Shown: piece by piece, positions 60,200 to 64,000 of the stretch
How positions within the stretch are numbered: the first letter of the stretch is position 1
Layout: every line of letters begins with the position of its first letter
Assembly: GCA_965645245.1 (NCBI GenBank)
Contig: OZ287080.1
Location: 620,001 to 684,000, forward strand
DNA: 64,000 nucleotides
Direction of reading: 5' to 3'
From: Massalongia carnosa
Taxonomy: Eukaryota
The notes under the pieces: generated by a model
What the model saw: only the letters and a program-made list of their open reading frames with translations
The model's database searches: none
What the model was told of the DNA's origin: nothing
Made by a program: the position numbers and the translations under genes

Positions 60200-63052
60200 C
60201 TAGTACTCCAGGACTTTGACCTCGTCCAACAACGCAGCGGGCAGATCTTCCCGCCTGACAATCCCAAGCTGCAGCACATCGCCCCAGAAGAACAACGCCC
60301 GCTCTTGAGCGTAGGCGAGGTAGTCGAATTCCTCTTCTTCCTCTTCTTCTACTTCCTCACCAAGCACAGCAGCAGCAGAGTTGTTCTTCTCCGCAATGGT
60401 TTCTGGGAAGTTTGCAGACTCCGAAACAGCGGTCCGTCTTGCCTTCAATGTCTCGTTCATCCCCGGCACCTTGGCCTGCACGATTCCCCACGCCACCCAC
60501 TGCGCCGAATTAGCGACTCGCCATATCCGCACCTCCTTCATCAGCCGGTGGACCTCTGACTGAGTGGCTTCGTCGCGGCGGGTTTCGTCCTCGACGGTTT
60601 GCCCGGGGGGGGCACGGCTGTCAAGAACGAAAGAGGAGACGGAGCTAGAGGGGTCTTGGGTTCGGATTGGGGTTTGGGTCGAGGGTGTGGGGGTAGAGGG
60701 AAAGGGTTGATGTTGAATGTAGGCTTTCAGGAAGCGGTGCTGCTCTTCTGGGGTGGGATATCTGGCTAGGCTGAGAGCGTGGGGCTTCTCGGCGTCGTGA
60801 TAGTTGTAGCACCATTCGGTCTGAAAAAGGTTTAATGGGTCATCGCTAAGGATAGTCCTTATAGGGGAGTACATACGAAATGATTTGCAAATTCGAGGCC
60901 TGGGAGATTTGCGGATGCGTATTCGAAGTCAATTACTACCAGCTGCTTATGCTCGTTCGCAGGTGTCAGCAGAGGCGATTCTCCTGGCGGTTTCAGCCGA
61001 AGCAAGTTTCCGTATTGCGTCTGAAACACCGTCAGTTTGAAGTGGAAACGGAGCTTAGGTTGTGACCTGCATCGTTATGCGCAAACACCAGACGCTGTCT
61101 AATGCCCTGAGCACCCCCATATTGCTCATCTAGCCACCTCCTATACTTTTCCACAGTTCTCCTAAATACCATCCACTCCACGCCACACACAAGACCACGC
61201 TGCTTCCACTTCTCCGAACGTGACATAACCGGCCCCTGCTTGCCGGATAGAATTTGGCCGTCCAGCCAACAAATCACCTCTTCGCATCTCTCAACCCATT
61301 TGTCCCAGTTTTGCCACACAAATGGGCCGGCGTCACGCTCTTCCTCAAGAAGCTCAACACCGTCATGCAGCTCTCGCATCCGTTTCGCGATCTGTTTCGA
61401 GGTTTGCGGAATTCGCAGATCCGCTGCGGTGAGCGTGCGAGCATAGTAAAACTGCTCAAACCTACCGTTGGTAAATGTTCCCAAAAGACAGGGCCCTATC
61501 TTCTTGCGACGTAGTCGACGCAGTATCTGTAGCTCACTCTCTCGATTAATGAGGTGCTCCACCTGAGGACCATAGATCCTAAGGAGAAGCTTTCTAGGTT
61601 TTGTCAGCCAGCTCGAAATGCAAGCAGATGGGATACTTACGGTGGTGGATGTAGAGCCTTTCCTAGAGCAGAAGCTGCAAGGCTTTGTTGGCTTGAGACG
61701 GTCTGCACCAGGTTGGCTGGAGGCGAAACAACATATACCGCGTTTGTCAAAGCCCCACTCAACCGCTCGACTTCGATATCTCCTCCACGGTCGAGAGGCA
61801 CTCTTCTCCAGCCTTTGAGTCTCAATGTATGCGCTAAACGAACAATTTCTTCTTTGAACCGCAGCCAGGCTTCTTTTTCTTTTAGCACCCGCTTCTTTGA
61901 ATCTAGCAGAGTGATTTGTGAGTCAGCCTCTCCACCGCTATACCCGAGCGTTTTCGAATTGTCAAGCACAACCTCGGCGGAGGGAATAATAGCATCGCCA
62001 TCCAAGTAGTCTGTATCGGATGACGCTGCTGTCGAGCTTTTTCTCAAATTCTTACGCTTCATATGGGAATTTCGAGAGAAATAAGAGCTCCTTCTCTCAT
62101 CCTTGGGCGTCAGGTTTGAAATATCCGTTGATGCAAGAATTCGCTCCAGTCTTTCCAAGTCTACGCTTTCAACTGATAAATCGGAAGCGGCTCTCTTATG
62201 CCCAACGTGTTTGGTTGAAGGGATATCATTAGTCTCATCAAAGGAAGAAGTCGTAGCGTGAGGATAGTCAGCAACATTTGATGTACGTTCTAGCTTTTTG
62301 GGCACGCGCGTAGCTTTCTTTGCCTTCTCGTGCTGAAGCCAATCAATTACTTGGGAAATCATATGAGCAGAGTGATGCTGATGAGTGTGGTGATGAAATC
62401 GTTCTTTATGCGCTTGAGGTCTCTCGCCTTCACTTATCGGTAAATCTGAGTTGGGTGGAGTTGTGAAGCTGGCTGTACTTGGGAAGGATTGTAGAGAAGA
62501 CGATGATGCATCCAGCGCCAGTCTCCCCAATAAGCGTTTGGGGCCTGAAGCCCGATGCTGTTTCGCGTTTGCATGGTCCGAAGTATGCGAAGGTGGTTTT
62601 CCATCTAGTCTTGGAGTAGACTTTGGAGATATACTCTCAGGTTCCACAATTGAGACAGCTGGAACAGAAAGAAGATTAGCCGACGAGTTGTGTTTGTAAA
62701 ACTTCATCGGCGACAAGAAGACGAGGTTGTGCAAACGCGTCACAATCACCGGGTTTTGTCTTACAGCATGCTCATGTAAAAACCGCTGGGAACAACGATT
62801 GCATTTTTTGTATCGAAAAGAAATCCCAGGGCGACTCTTGCTACCTTTGCAAACACAGAAATCCTCTCGGGACGCCCTTAGAAGAATATTCCTGATCGAT
62901 TGACCAAGCACGAAGGCAATGAAATAAGTCTCGAGACGTTTCCCTATTTCGCATGCCGAGTCTTATGTCTTTCCCTCGAGCTAAAAAGAAAATGACTGAC
63001 CTTTGGAAGGTCCAGAGCGAGGAGAAAATTCTTGTACATCATTCGCAGACAT
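60200..63052 (-). CDS. Choline/ethanolamine kinase with N-terminal extension, about 785 aa
   Basis: LSGALTNAVY, LLLRIYG, FTNGRFEQF, VFAHNDTQYGNLL, VIDFEYA, ANHFTEWCYNY. Introns 62659-63000, 61594-61640, 61021-61070 (GC-AG) and 60821-60876 are frame-consistent. Confidence 0.92.
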
Positions 63053-63706
63053 GATCGGTTTTGTTGTGAATCACTTGTAGCCTGGTGGATTTAATCTCTT
63101 CAACACGCTATAACTATTCCTTGATCAAAGTGACGTGGGACACGAAGGGAGAGCAAAGGCTTCTGTGGGTTCCTCCACGCATCTACTCAGGTGTTGGATG
63201 TAGGGATGTTGGAGCAAGTGTCTGCAGTTATGGTAACCGACAACGGGGAATGTTTTAAAGCGAATGAAAGTGAGTACTTATATTTCTTGAGAGAACCTAT
63301 CAGCACCCCCCCATTACCATCCATTCTATCAAAACAAACTTGATGACGAGCATTTGCATCATGCAAGAGGTCACTTCAATTACATTAAGAGATCAAATCA
63401 AGGGTTAGTCAATAACGTAATTTCCGAAACTCCTTGACTACTATTTCAGCAAGCAGATTTACCGGTAGTTCACATGCAAGTAGTGAGAACTAGCTTCTAG
63501 AAAGGTTCCCTGAATTCTCACAATCGTAATCTATATATACCCAAACACGAGTACTCGTACTAGCATCGACGATTAGAGGTAACTGAATGAGGAAGCTCTC
63601 CTCTAAAACCACAACGCCTCTAGCCGTGTTCCAACCCCCTATATCATTTCATTGACAGGTACGATAGCTGGTGTTGTTAGGTTCCAGCTTGTTTGATCAT
63701 TAACTC

Positions 63707-64000
63707 TTAACCAAACCTCCTCCTGATCGGGATTGGACTACCAGTGGCACCAGCGGCGCCAGCTATGTTAGCTCCGCTTGATGGAGCAACACCAGTGGAT
63801 AGCGCTGCTCCGACCGCCGCACCGGTAGGACCACGACTACCGGTTGGCACAACGCCTCCAGCACATCCCCCGAATGGTACCCCGGTACCAACCACAAGGG
63901 AATGGCCCGTACCTTGTGCGCGGCGGTAGTAACGATTGAAAGGACCTCCGACTCGAGGGCTGCGTTTTTGGGCACCAAAGTACGTGGCATTACATGTACC
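63707..64000 (-). CDS. 3' end of a G/A/T/P-rich protein (gene starts beyond the window)
   Basis: Frame open from 64000 to TAA at 63707: GTCNATYFGAQKRSPRVGGPFNRYYRRAQGTG...PTGSRGPTGAAVGAALSTGVAPSSGA...RRRFG*. Confidence 0.55.
   Translation of the reverse strand, partial: GTCNATYFGAQKRSPRVGGPFNRYYRRAQGTGHSLVVGTGVPFGGCAGGVVPTGSRGPTGAAVGAALSTGVAPSSGANIAGAAGATGSPIPIRRRFG

Noticed and set aside
1..64000. CRISPR arrays, rRNA, prokaryotic or viral systems, Starship captain recombinase
   Set aside because: No repeat-spacer array, rRNA sequence, operon structure or tyrosine recombinase ORF seen.

Overview
Eukaryotic DNA from a filamentous ascomycete (Pezizomycotina). The basis is short GT-AG introns with CTRAY branch points, fungal gene families and RIP-like decay of repeats; I cannot place the species from sequence alone. 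There are 11 complete protein genes: an uncharacterised Zn-motif protein, an HhH-motif protein, CPS1/DIP2 acyl-CoA-ligase-like, DRS1 helicase, a very long GNAT protein, ARL2, a DUF4045/gelsolin-like protein, a VHS/GAT protein, an uncharacterised membrane protein, a Zn2Cys6 transcription factor, MIR1 and choline kinase (12 if the damaged HhH gene is counted). Two partial genes sit at the window edges and there is an intron-containing tRNA-Thr(UGU). Mobile DNA comprises a dead Tc1 (DD34E) transposon with TIRs and TA target duplication, and a degenerate chromodomain-bearing Ty3/Gypsy element nested in an older Tad1-like LINE relic. I found no clearly new multi-gene system. The best leads are: (i) two apparent C-to-T mutation signatures, CpC in the LINE versus CpA/CpG in the Tc1 and Gypsy; (ii) mismatched, probably chimeric LTRs with a Tf1-type self-priming structure and an intact -1 frameshift signal; (iii) a host gene next to the Tc1 that has lost its C-terminal domain; (iv) a dense TAC(A/G)GAGTA motif cluster around the transcription factor gene; (v) recurring SSR-rich islands with GC-shifted flanking exons; (vi) a GC-AG intron in the choline kinase catalytic motif. 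All exon models were built by hand and checked only for frame consistency.
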